Assembly (NCBI GenBank): GCA_017499595.2
Contig: CM039005.1
Coordinates: 2,356,001-2,420,000, forward strand
Origin: Psilocybe cubensis
Taxonomy: Eukaryota
Direction of reading: 5' to 3'
Length of the DNA: 64,000 nucleotides
Within the stretch, counting starts at the first letter, position 1. Every line of letters begins with the position of its first letter. The position numbers were made by a program, and so were the translations under genes. A model generated the notes under the pieces. The model worked only from the letters and a program-made list of their open reading frames with translations. It was not told where the DNA came from and searched no databases. Positions 38,485 to 52,939 of this stretch are shown one piece after another.

Positions 38485-40901
38485 AGTGTGTGGGATGTGG
38501 AGAATCCTTGGTGTTTTATCGTCGGAGTAGGGAGTCGCTGATAGACTATGCTGTATGTCAGGAATGGCGTCTCCTCTCTTGTTGACAGTTGTCGTTAGCA
38601 TATGGATTTGAATGTGAAAGATGTATTGAGACTCGGGAGAATCCACTGAAAATCGGGAGAAGATGATGATCGCCCATCGGTCGCTGATGTTCATAAAGTG
38701 GCGGCGTATCTGTGTGCTAAATATGTTACCCACCCCGTTGCATTCGGCTATGTACACCTGAAGATTGTGGCTTTCTTTGCATGAAACCCATTCATCGCCA
38801 TGTATATTCCAACATTGACGATAGATACCTCGCATTGATTCGTCTGTCTTCACTTTTAGTACTCCATTGGTACACCTGATGGGCTCATTGGCGCCGGTTG
38901 AACGTCCGTACCTGCTGACGTCGTTGAAAATGGCTCTGTCAATCATCTGAATCATGTTGGGACGCCAGAATGACCATGATTTTTTCACATTTACAACCCA
39001 AATGCAACCCCCACTTTCCGATAGAAAGCTTCTGAATTTATATGGGTTTTAGGGTGTAAGAAAAATTGAATGAAGTCACTGTCACCGCGAAGGCTTGAGT
39101 AGGATAGTCTTGACGGGGTTTTGACGCCTAGGAGGGCATAAATGAATCATTGAAGTCGTGAGTTTGATTCGTTTGTAAGGGGAACCAAGGCTGCCCGCCC
39201 ACGCAGGCACGTCACCACACCTTTGAATACCTGGTGCTATCCTCGTCCCTTTTCTCCTAGATGGAGCGATGGGGGGTATAGATGTATGAGAGCTTATATG
39301 GCTGATTCCATTCAAGAACATAGACTGCAGGGTGGTCGACCTTCGATGTGGGCTCAGGGTGTTCATGGGTAAAAACATTCGCGCAGTTGAGCAGAACGCC
39401 CTCCCCAAATTGAAGTTATTTTCTGGTGGCATGCAATAGGCAATTAAAGTCGGTTTAATTTGTCCTATTACTTGAAGCTGAATTCAATGGAATAATTAGT
39501 GCTTAAACATATAAGAATCGGGCGCCCACAGGTAGGGAAGTTTCTGTCACCAGCCAAGTTTGAAAGTCAAAAATCGTCACTGTGTTTGTTTCGAGTTCGA
39601 TCGTTCCGATTCATTGATACACTCAGTCGAAACATGGTATGCAAAGGTCTTATCTTGAAATTGCCTACTCATCCTGTACTCAGACATGTCGGATGTGAGG
39701 CCCGAGGAGGATGTGAATGTGATCAACAGTTACGCATGGTATCGAGTCGTGAGCTAAATTTCTCTAGCCATGGAGCTGCAAATGGATCCGTGAGGCATTC
39801 CAGAGGGAGAGTTGATACTGTTAGGTGCAACGAGAGCTTGTACACACCACAAATGCCTATGTCTAATACGCTTCATGTCCTGCGCAATGCCGATCTCGCT
39901 ATTATGTCAGTAATTATGCTGACCCGGAGGTTCGGCTCGATGATGGCTGACCATGAAACCTGAAAGTACTAAAGCACAGCGAAGGATATCTATAAACTTC
40001 GAAGTAAATAAAAAATTGGCGCACTGGTTCACAGATTGGAGATGCTGGGAAATAGGTGAAGTGCGGGAACTGCTGACTGGTCCGTCGTGGGTGATTATTA
40101 AAATATAAAGCCGTGAATAGATCAACGGAGCCGCAACAAGCGTTCATCTCATTTGATAGACAATTTCTGACCTTCGTGACGTATATTAATCATCGAGCCA
40201 CGACATCAGAAAAGATATTCGATATGTTCGGGCCGTAGGCGGTTGGGTCTTTGTGATCTGCAGAAACGAGGCGAGTGTTATATAGTACGCTGATGAGTCC
40301 GGATCATGGTTGACCCCGTATAACACAAACACAAGCTCTTCACGACCTACAAGGGCCGTAAGGGGCCGTACCATCTATTGTCATGCGCATCGCGGAACTT
40401 GTGATTTAGGAGATCAGTATCCCCGAAATGGACTGTGTGGTTGCCTATGGCTGCAACTCTGATTATCGATGAAAATGGGGCGATAGAAGGTCTGAATGTA
40501 GAAAGGCTACTCGACATCTTCACCGAGTGGTTGTAGGATTGGTTTAGTTTAGCGTAAAGAGACCTCAGAAGACAAGACGGGTTCAAGGTAAGCGCGGGCC
40601 AAGAGATACAGCGCGAATGCTCCCGCATGAAGAAGTTGGGGTAAATGCGGGGAAGCACATAATCCAGCTCTCCTCTAGGCGCTGCCCAGATGACTCACCA
40701 GCGCTCTCCATTAAACTCGCGGACACCCATAAGTAAACGGCCGGAATATGGTACAAAGTTATCGCAGCTCGAGTCGATGATTGGCCTGGGCGGAGTTCGG
40801 ACTTATCCGGGGGGCATGTGATAAGCGGATTGCAGCTTCGGCCTACCGGTATAAGTTGAGCTTGCAGCGGACGACGACGCCAACGTTGACCTCTTTCCAC
40901 A

Positions 40902-42532
40902 ATGTCTGCAGGATTCAGAATAACGCCTGCGATATGGGACAAGATACACCATTTTGCTTCGTTTCCACAGACGGGAGGTTCGTCTCAAGCTTGGTCTTTG
41001 TCTGATGCCGTCTGACAGTGCGCTAGTCTCTCTCCAGCAGATGGTCTTGTTCGGTCAGAATCCCAGCCAGGGCACCCTGCTCAAGGCTAGCCAGTTCCTA
41101 GCAGGTGCGTCGGGCTTCTGAATATCGACAGCACATCTCACACCGCTTCACGTAGAGGAGCTACCCGTGCGCCTAGCCCACCGCGTCAAAGAACTCGACG
41201 AGCTACCGCACAACCTCAGCGCGATGCCGTCCATCAAGAAAGTCAAAAACTGGTACGCCCAGTCGTTCGAGGCGAGTCACATACCTTGTGCGACCAACCC
41301 TGTTCTGACTCCACCTCCCGCAGGAACTCATCACTTTCCCCCCCATCGTGCTTCCGCCGAGCATCCGCCAGGCGTTGATGATAACCAGACCGGACGAAAT
41401 CCATCTCCCTGAATCCAAACCCAATCTCTTCAACGACCCTTATTCAAATCCGTACCAGTCCCATGTGAACGGGAACGGCAACGGGAATGGCTTTAACAAG
41501 CTCAAACTCCGGGTACCCATGGAACGAAGGTCCGCACGATTGCCCTTTTTCTCACATCGAATGTCAACCAACCCATTGCATTTCCAGATATTACGCGAAT
41601 ACTAACAACATTACCTGGCCGCCCGAGGTCCAGGATTACAACAAGCGGTTTACCAAGCTGCTCGAGCACATCAAGAGCCGCCACGATCCAACAGTCACCA
41701 CCGTCGCCCAGGGTGTTTTGGAGTGGAAGCGGAGTCAGAATGCGCGCCATATTGGGCTCGACATGCAGGCCTGGCTCGATCGCTTCTACCTCTCGCGTAT
41801 AGGCATCCGATTTCTCATTGGACAGCGTGCGTCACTATTTCTGTCTTTGCGTCATTATGCTCATTAGTGTTAAAGATGTGGCGTTGAATACACAGCAGGC
41901 ACATGCGGACTATGTTGGAATCATCTGTACAAAAGCTGTTCGTCCTCTTTCCCATTCTGCGGAAATACGCACGCTAAGCACTTCCATAGAACGTGCACGA
42001 TATCGTGCAAGAAGCCATCGAAAACGCGCGTTTCGTGTGCGAAGAACACTACGCCATGTTCAAAGGGCCGCCTGTGCAGCTCATCTGTCCCAAAGACCTC
42101 ACTTTCCCTTACGTTCCCGGCCATCTCTCACACATCTGCTTCGAGCTGCTTAAAAACTCACTGCGTGCGGTTGTCGAACGATATGGCGTCGACCAGGAAG
42201 ACAACTTTCCCCCGATCAAGGTCGTCGTCGTTGAGGGTAAGGAGGACATCACGATCAAAATTTCCGATGAGGGAGGAGGCATCCCACGCAGTGCCATTCC
42301 TCTCATCTGGACGTACATGTATACCACTATGGATAGCCAGGGAATTGACGGCGATTTCCAGACAAACGATTTTAAGGCTCCGATGGCTGGGTTTGGGTAT
42401 GGGCTACCACTGTCAAGACTGTACGCGCGTTACTTTGGGGGCGATCTACGCCTGATATCCATGGACGGTTTTGGAACGGACGTGTATATCCATCTGAACA
42501 GGCTGTCGAGTAGTCGCGAACCCCTGCCATAG
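40902..42532 (+). CDS. Mitochondrial pyruvate dehydrogenase kinase family (PDK/BCKDK) protein
   Basis: FASFPQTG-VSLQQM..FG, EELPVRLAHRVKEL, LDRFYLSRIGIRFLIGQH, FELLKNSLRA, ISDEGGGIP and AGFGYGLPLSRLYARYFGGDL. Confidence 0.93.
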
Positions 42533-43664
42533 TTGTTTGCGCTGTTGGCTCTCTGTTAGTCTGTCGGTCGTGCTAAACGGATCGGAATGGAATGGTAGAG
42601 GAAGCTTTTTCGTGTATGATACCTCATTTTTTTTTATTTTGTTTTGCATTGGAGGGCTGGGTTTCAGTGGCAGGCAGGCGGATGCGGATGCATCTCGCCA
42701 CATAATGCCTGAGCTTTCTGTTTCACGGCCTCCGCTTCATTCCCCTCCCCCTTTTGCAGCCTTGCCCCCTCGTCGCGCCTTTCCTTCGTTCCGTCGTTCT
42801 ATCGACACATGTATGTTGTGTAATGTGTATTATTATTAATGGCGAATACCGTTGTATTATATACAAGTATATCAAGTAGAATGAATGAACAATCGTACAT
42901 TCGTAGAACTGGAATTAAATACTATTAAATTAGAGCGACCTTGCCTGGTATAGATGTATCTCATTCGTTCAATTTTTGGTTTGTACGAACCCACGCGCTT
43001 TTGAGTTGTAATTAATTTGGGGTGGAGGTAACCCAAACACGAAGAGGTCGTTTGTCGCTCTCCATGAAGCAATTGGGTTGAGCTACTTTACCGTGACTAG
43101 TTCACTTGCCAGCTCAAACTACATTACACTGAACGTTTGTGCTCACTGCTAGGGATGGTCAGATAGAGGGAATGATAGTAGCACTGCACTCGGAGGTTGT
43201 GTGCTGTCCCATAACAAGTCAGTTTCAAAAGGAATAAATCATTAAGGGAAAGCGACGTACGTTAGTATAACGCCTCATTGTCAAAGCGTGATCGCAGAGT
43301 TTTCTGTCTATACCGAAAATCAGTACTGTAATTGTAGGCAAAAGTATGACATGTTGCTCACATGGATCATACTCGACCGACTGGAGCGAGAGAGCTCCAC
43401 CAGCCAAATGGATGTGGATCACAAACTTCATGGATGGCGTAAGTTATTCACACAAGGAATCTAATAACCAAAGAGGAGTCAGATGCAAACTCGAATGCAA
43501 CAAAATGGCCAAAGCACAAACCTTGAAGCAGACAAGTTACAATAAGCTATCCATCAAGTACGCAAGAAAAGGGGTCGGATAAGCTGAGGATAGCGAATAG
43601 AAAATGATCGCAGAAACTCACCAAATGGATCGAAGAGAAAGCAACCAGGAGGATTTTTCATTAT

Positions 43665-44015
43665 TAATGTGCTATTGGTCAGTCATACCCAAGAGTACAA
43701 CCTCAGCCAAAGAGGCCACGGCAAGGCTGCACAAGGATGGCGCGAACGAGTGTCGTGCCACCCCCTCTTTGGAAAAAAAATCCCTCTTCAAACCATGCTC
43801 TCGAGCGAAATCTGATGAGGTCGTTATCGCTTCCCAATTAACAGGAAGCGATAGGGTGAATCTCAAGCGACATTCCTTTGTCGTCACTCGATTGAGCGAA
43901 CGACAGTGCCTGCCTTGAAAGGCTGGCCATTACCATCCGAGCTCCCTTGCCAGCTTGAACCTACGCTACCCTGCAGGTTCTCGCTGGGGGATGGTAGGGA
44001 AAGAGGATGGGTAGC
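43665..44015 (-). ncRNA. Structured ~355-nt RNA module, copy R3
   Basis: Reverse complement of the unit. AACCTGC/GTAGGTT, CCAG/CTGG and TGTCGT/ACGACA are compensatory variants. Confidence 0.65.
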
Positions 44016-44508
44016 AACTCGATCATTGAGTGTTGCAATGGTCAAGCATAACATATAGCTATCAATTACTAGTTAGTTTCGGAAACCAATGGAATGAAGA
44101 GAAATATATGCATACATAGTATATAACCATATCATCGAAGCATGTTGCATATGTCTGATTGTATCCCGAATCAGTATTATAGACGATATTATTCGATCGT
44201 TACACTCACCTAAATTCTGATCGACTGGCAGAAGGACCTCGAGTGAGGCTCCGCCAGCCAAAGGGTTTTAGTGTTGTTGAACGGAGTTGCGTTCAACGAG
44301 CATATTGACAAAAATCACACAAAGAAATGATCTAAAACCAGCAAGTCAGCAAAAGTTACAAAATCCCACAGATGACCCAAACATGCCTCCTTGAAGCACA
44401 CAAAATATAGTAATCTACAACAGAGAAAATGCTGGTCAAAACTAATGGAGAAAAAAATTGGATTCAAGATAGTAAACTCACAAGGTGTGGTGAATACCGC
44501 AAGATTTT

Positions 44509-44863
44509 TAATGTGCTATTGGTCAGTTATACCTATGGGTACAACCTAAGCCAAAGAGGCCACGACAAGGCTGCACAAGGATGGCGCGGACAAGTGTCGT
44601 GCCATCCCCTCTTTGGAAAAAAAATCCCTCTTCAAACCATGCTCTCGAGCGAAATCTGAAGAGGTCGTTATCGCTTCCTGTTAATCGGGAAACGATAGGT
44701 TGAGTCTCGCGAGAGGCTCCTTTGTCGCCCCTCGATTGAGCGAGCGACAGTGCCTGCCACGAAAGGCTGGCCTTTACCATCCGAGCTCCCTTGCCGGTTC
44801 AGACCTGCGCTACCCTGCAGGTCCTTCCCGGGGGATGGTAGGGGAAAAGGGGATGTGGGTAGC
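44509..44863 (-). ncRNA. Structured ~355-nt RNA module, copy R2
   Basis: Reverse complement of the unit. Confidence 0.65.
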
Positions 44864-45133
44864 TGTGTGGAGAATGAACTAAACTCATAGCATATCTAAA
44901 TCATATCGAGTCAGCTTGGAATGAACACATACAAATGAAAAAGAGCATACTTTGGCATAAGATTTCATCGTCGAAACATAGTAACCTGAACCTAAGACAC
45001 ATTAGTATCTGGGACGATAACCAACAAGATTGTTGCTCACTGGTTTGTAATAGACTGACTGGGGCGATTGGATACAATCAATGGACTTGAGATAGAAAAA
45101 ACTCACAAAGTGTGGGGAATACCGGTGAATTTT

Positions 45134-45492
45134 TAATGTGCTATTGGTCGGTTATGCCCGTGGGCACAACCTAAGCCAAAGAGGCCACGACAAGGCTGCA
45201 CAAGGATGGCGCGAACGAGTGTCATGCCATCCCCTCTTTGGAAAAAAAATCCCTCTTCAAACCATGCTCTCGTTTGAGCGAAATCTGAAGAGGTTGTTAT
45301 CGCTTCCCGATTAACAGGAAGCGATAGATTGAGTCTCGTGAGAGACTCCTTTGTCGCCACTCGATTGAGCGAGCGACAGTGCCTGCCTCGAAAGGCTGGC
45401 CTTTACCACCCGAGCTCCCTTGCCGGTTCAGACCTGCACTACCCTGCAGGTCCTCGCCGGGGGATGGTAGGAATAACGGGGATGTGGGTAGC
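45134..45492 (-). ncRNA. Structured ~355-nt RNA module, copy R1
   Basis: Reverse complement of the unit. Terminal hairpin GTTGTGCCC/GGGCATAAC compared with GTTGTACCC/GGGTATAAC in L1. Confidence 0.65.
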
Positions 45493-47830
45493 GGCCCAAT
45501 TATTGAGCGTTGCAATAGTTATGCATAACATATAGCTAATAATCACCAGTCAGTGTCGGCAACAAATATAATGAAGATGAATGTGGGCATACAAGAGTAT
45601 ATAATCTTATCATCGAAGCATGTTGCATATTTCTGGTTGTATGGAAATGGGATGTGGGTAGCGTTGTGGTGGGTGACCGAAATTTATAACATAACTCTAA
45701 ATCATATCAGGTCAGACCGAATGAAAGCGTACGTGCGAGAAAAAGAACATACCTTATTTTAAAGTCTTATCGTCGAGGCATAGTGGTCTGAATGCATCAC
45801 CAGTTAGTGTCCTGGACGATAACTAACAAGAGCATTACTCACCTGAATTGTCATGCGCGGGCTGGGGTAATTGGGCCCGCCCGCCGTTGATGAAACGATC
45901 CCCTTGACGGCGTTTGGCCGTAGAATGAGGATCGCGTTGGTAAGTGATGTGATTCGTTAGCTAGAATTTGAGAAAAAACAACGCGTTAGACGAGAACGAA
46001 CGTACATGTATGCACTAACGAACCTTTAACTATCAGATGTGCATTTATCAAGGAACCGCAGCCTGAATACGCGTTGAAGAGAGATTAGTAAACGCTCGAA
46101 TGAACTGACTGACGACAAAGCCACTCACATTTTCGGGGGCTGACCGGCGGGCATCGTAGAACGCCTCGCCGGTCATGGACCTCGTCGACGGCTTATGCCA
46201 TCGAACGAGCTTTGCCAATGGGGGTGCAGCGTGTGCACGCCCCATGACAGCGCCTCAATGTCGCCACAGGCACGACAGAGGCCTTTATCGTCCGCTGTGC
46301 CGCCCGTTTAGCTGGCGCGCGGACGATAGTGGTGATGGAGTCCCCGTATAGACCTGTGGTGCAGATTGTCAGTAAAAGTATATATGCGTTAGAATGTGGC
46401 ATACCTTTGGCGACGTCGCCACCGAGTGGTCAGCCACCCAGTGGCATATCGCTGTCGTTGTGGTGAATATTGAAGACGCGTCTCAAGCCCATATAGGGCT
46501 GCAGAGACTCGATGCAGTCTTCACCGCAGACGAGATGGGGGAGCTTGTGGAGGGGAGTGCACACCCAAGCCAATCTTTATACGGTGGAGGTGCAGGTCAA
46601 AAGGCAGTGGCGTCCTTCCCAAGTTCTGTCAGTACACACAATCGGCAGACACGGCACAGAATTTATTTTTGACATCTCACCATATGGCCGCTACCCCGTC
46701 CTTCACTTATTTTCCTTTTCTGGATTTTCTACACTGACCAGCGACCACGTTCGAGGCACTCGTCAGAGGGCTGTGGATTCCCGAGGCTTCTGCGGATCGA
46801 TAATCAATCAGAAAGAAGTCAGAAACATCCATTCCCTTTGTCTTTCTCATCGATTAAAGTGAAAAGGGGTTAGATGGTGCTCACGGGAGGTTGATAGGGT
46901 CTCGATGTCGATGCTCGGCGGCACACAAAGGCGGATTTAGAATGCCTTTCCAAAAAAAAAAAATGATGATTTCTCTGAGGGTCTTAGCACCGTTGTGGAA
47001 GTAGTGCTTCCCTTTAAGTATACATTGACGAGGTGTTTGGATTTCTTGAAAAAGAGTGACCACTCCAAGGGTCGTAGCCCCTCCGTACCAACGACCTGGG
47101 TGCTCCATTGATTTTTTTACCCTGAACAATTTACAATCAAGACACGATTCCATACGACGTCCGGCGGTCGGCGACAGTGGGAACGGAATCAGGATGACGA
47201 CCTATAAACTTGTAGATCAACCAAAATCAAAATGACCAACAAAAAAGGTATTATAAAATATACAAAAAAGCAACAACAATGACCGCCAAAAGACAAGACA
47301 CATAAACGCAGATAGGTATTAAGATATTAACTAGTAGGAAAAAAGAAAATCAAACAAACAAACAAGGAGGCAGGGAAATGGGGAAGGAGGTTACGATGAT
47401 GATGGGAACAGGCAGAATGGCAGAAATTGGAACTAGAAGTGAGTTGGAGTCATGTGAAAAGAGAAAAAGAAAAGTACGTGGTATGCAAGCAAGCAAGCGT
47501 GAAAAGTCAGTGATTAGAATGAAGCAGGATATGGGATGGGAATGGGAGGGGAGAATACAGGAACGGGTGCACAAACAAGAATCAGTATGACAGAAGAAGG
47601 AAAAAAATTGAAAATGAAAACCACCAATGAAAAATTCAAAAAAAAGAGAAAACGCAACCCGAAAGGGTAGGTATTAATCGATACGCGGTATAATTCCTTT
47701 TCAACACCCCAGCACTTACGCCTTGCCTCACCTAGACGTCGGCCCCCTTTTACGAATCCGCCTTCTCCATTTGTGATTTGTTTTGCCCTTCTTCACCTTC
47801 AATGGGCTAACGCCACATACATACGCATCA

Positions 47831-50499
<2,669 letters not shown>

Positions 50500-50590
50500 G
50501 GATTAGCACTGGAGGAAAGATGGGAAATCGGCCCAATGAATGAACAATAATCAACTCGGCATCTCCCGAGCCCCTATCACTCCTACCACC

Positions 50591-51364
50591 ATGGCTCTCC
50601 TTTTTGTCATTGGCGAGACTGGTCCCAATGTCTCCGTCGACGAGTTCAACGGTGAGCAGGTTCTCTTTGGCTACGACTCAACTAACATAGGACAGACTGG
50701 TACGATAATGAGCACGCTCCCAAGCGTCTCACCGTCCCTGGCTTCGACACCGCGCGCCGCTACAAGGCCGTCGACGCACAGACTCCCACCTGGCTTGCCA
50801 TCTACGACCTCGCGTCGCCCTCGGTCCCCTTTGACGCGCCGTACAAGTCTTTAGTGCCTTCTGACAAGGACAAGTCCATCATCCCGCGCCTCGAGTTCTT
50901 CACTCGCAGCGTCTGGGAACTCATCTCCGAGCAGCCGTCATCTGCACTCACGGCCGCCCCAGCGCACCTTCTCATCGTCACCTGTCTCGCAACTGGCCAA
51001 AAGGAATCCGACGAGCTCAACAAGTGGTACGAGACAGAACATATACCCGACATTCTAGCAGTCGGCTGTACCCGCGCCCGCCGCTACAAGCTCGTCGAGA
51101 GCGTCGATCTTACTAAAAAGACCAACCCTTCGCCAGACGAGGTCCACAATTACCTCGCAGTGTACGATTTTCCGAACGGGGACTACATTAACAACCCCGC
51201 GTTCGGCGCGAGTGTTCGTACGCCTTGGGCACTCAAGGCTCTCGCACCCCCCGTGCAGATGGCTCTACGCCGCTTCGAGCTCCATAAAGACATCCAGAAC
51301 CCAGAAGGTGGGCATTTCGTTCTCACACGCGTGCAGCTCTTACCAATCGATTTTCTCAGCGTGA
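50591..51364 (+). CDS. EthD-like dimeric alpha-beta barrel protein (two domains)
   Basis: DEFN|DWYDNEHAPKRLTVPGFDTARRYKA...WLAIYDL and a second repeat ELNKWYETEHIPDILAVGCTRARRYKL...YLAVYDF. Starts about 90 bp from the divergent MAPK ATG. Confidence 0.75.
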
Positions 51365-52637
51365 AAAAAGACTGTGTTCCAATGTATTACCAATGTATGC
51401 TGGAAAATAAAGCCCGACTTGCTTCTCACGAAAGCCTTCTCATGTGCTCAAGAAAGATAAAGAATGGATTCAAGATCAAAGGTACCGACGGCCTATAAAA
51501 AGATCGTCAGACCGAAAGCTTGTATACCCGACGCGTACAACACCATCGATAAGACGACCCAAAATGCATTGTTAAGGCGCATATAACCGCTCAAACTCGC
51601 ACAGATAAGTATTTCCACTTCCCTTCCATCCTTCCCTCATCGACCCGCTCTCTTCTTCTCGTACGCCTGACGCACAACTGTTTTGATCTCTGCGTTTTCA
51701 CAAGCCCGCGACCCGCGAATGCAGGGAAGGATGGCAATGGCAAGGTGATGGGCGCATCGATGCACCAGTTCGCGTTTCGTGTGACGAGGACGAGATCAAG
51801 TACGGGGTCAACTATTGGTCCGCAGAGATTGTGGACCATGCTGGTACTGCAGCCTATGCAGAATGTTTAAAATGTACGTCGGTCTAGTGCTCTGGTTGTG
51901 GTATGGCTATGGCTAGCACCCGATCTCGCTTTCGGACTCGGACTTCAACTCGGATGGTCATGCTTTTGCTTTCTATACTGCCCTGCCCTGCCTCCTGCTC
52001 TGTACCGCCCTGTATCCCACTGCATTCTATTCGGATCTGTCCTCCTCTTGATTCTCCCGGCCACTGAGCTGGACGACGTACACTTCACGAGACCGGCAGT
52101 ACTTTGAACGGTTAAACTGCTGTTCGATCTCTCATGCTCGTGTCAATACGCGCTGATTAACTCTGTGTTTCTATTTTACCTACGTAAGGTGCGTCCGCCA
52201 TTTTTCGTACCTATCCATCCGCCCGCTGGCTTGGCTCGTTATGACAATTCTAGTGAACTAAACTAAGTTTGTAATACTTGCTGTTATGTACGTTCAGGAA
52301 TGCAAATTTGAGTGTGGATTTGTTTAACTCTTCGAGCAGGCAATCGAAATTGGGAATTAGTATTTAGTACGACTACATATGCGGCTCACTTGTCTTTCGT
52401 TTTGAGACGGCGTCGTGCCAGCGCCGCCGCGGCTTCTCCTAGAAATAAAAGTGAAAGGCCATATCAAACCATGTTCTAATTGTTATGCTTTCATAGATAA
52501 CAACATTCGCTAGATTCATCATTCATAAGTCCAAAAAGAAGACTGCGCAAAATAGAGACTAGACCTGGGACCAGATGGCACAACCGCGCTTATATGCTGC
52601 TAGACCTCTTAAATGCTAGATTTTTGCTTACAGCATC

Positions 52638-52720
52638 GGCGCTATAGTGTAGTGGTTATCACTCAAGATTCTGATTTGATTAGAGTTCTTGTAACCCCGG
52701 TTCGAATCCGGGTAGTGCCT
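52638..52720 (+). tRNA. tRNA-Gln (anticodon CTG) with an 11-nt intron
   Basis: Acceptor GGCGCTA/TAGTGCC, D-loop AGTGGTTA, anticodon stem CAAGA/TCTTG around TT-CTG-A plus intron, T-arm CCCGG-TTCGAAT-CCGGG, followed by a T-run Pol III terminator. Confidence 0.92.
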
Positions 52721-52939
52721 TTTTGTGATTAAATTTATTTCTTTAATTTTAATACTATTATTGACCAGATGTTTAGTTTAACCACTGATTCATTTTGATG
52801 GCTGATTATTAGTAATATTTTCAACTCCAAATGCACCACAATTTATTAATTGTATGTGAAATGCAATGTGCTAATATGCTATCTTTTCATTTGTTTTGAC
52901 AAGCTTTATGACCTATTACTACATGCCATAGAGTTTGTT

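Larger units (their letters stand above)
43478..47032 (-). ncRNA. Putative spliced long non-coding RNA, right paralog, with three structured modules
   Basis: Reverse-complement homolog of 33904-37335, including the upstream block CTCGTCAATGTATACTT(T/A)AAGGGAAGCACTA and conserved splice sites. Confidence 0.55.

Noticed and set aside
38278-38988. 236-aa minus-strand ORF
   Set aside because: Starts at a non-ATG codon, overlaps the spliced secreted-protein gene antisense, and shows no motif.
43800-43830. CTGATGAG / CTGAAGAG with nearby GAAA suggesting a hammerhead ribozyme in the repeated module
   Set aside because: The motif is on the strand opposite to the inferred transcript, is sequestered in the CTCTTCA/TGAAGAG stem, and GAAA lies immediately before it with no room for stems I and III.
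45400-45492. HDV-like ribozyme reading on the + strand (TCCTCGC loop, P1/P2 crossing topology)
   Set aside because: No proper 3-bp P3, no G at the P1 start, no conserved catalytic C before the P2 3' strand, and it is antisense to the splice and G-U evidence.
33904-47032. Composite DNA transposon with giant TIRs carrying PDK
   Set aside because: The arms are clearly diverged, have fuzzy ends, show no TSD or transposase, and look like duplicated spliced genes.
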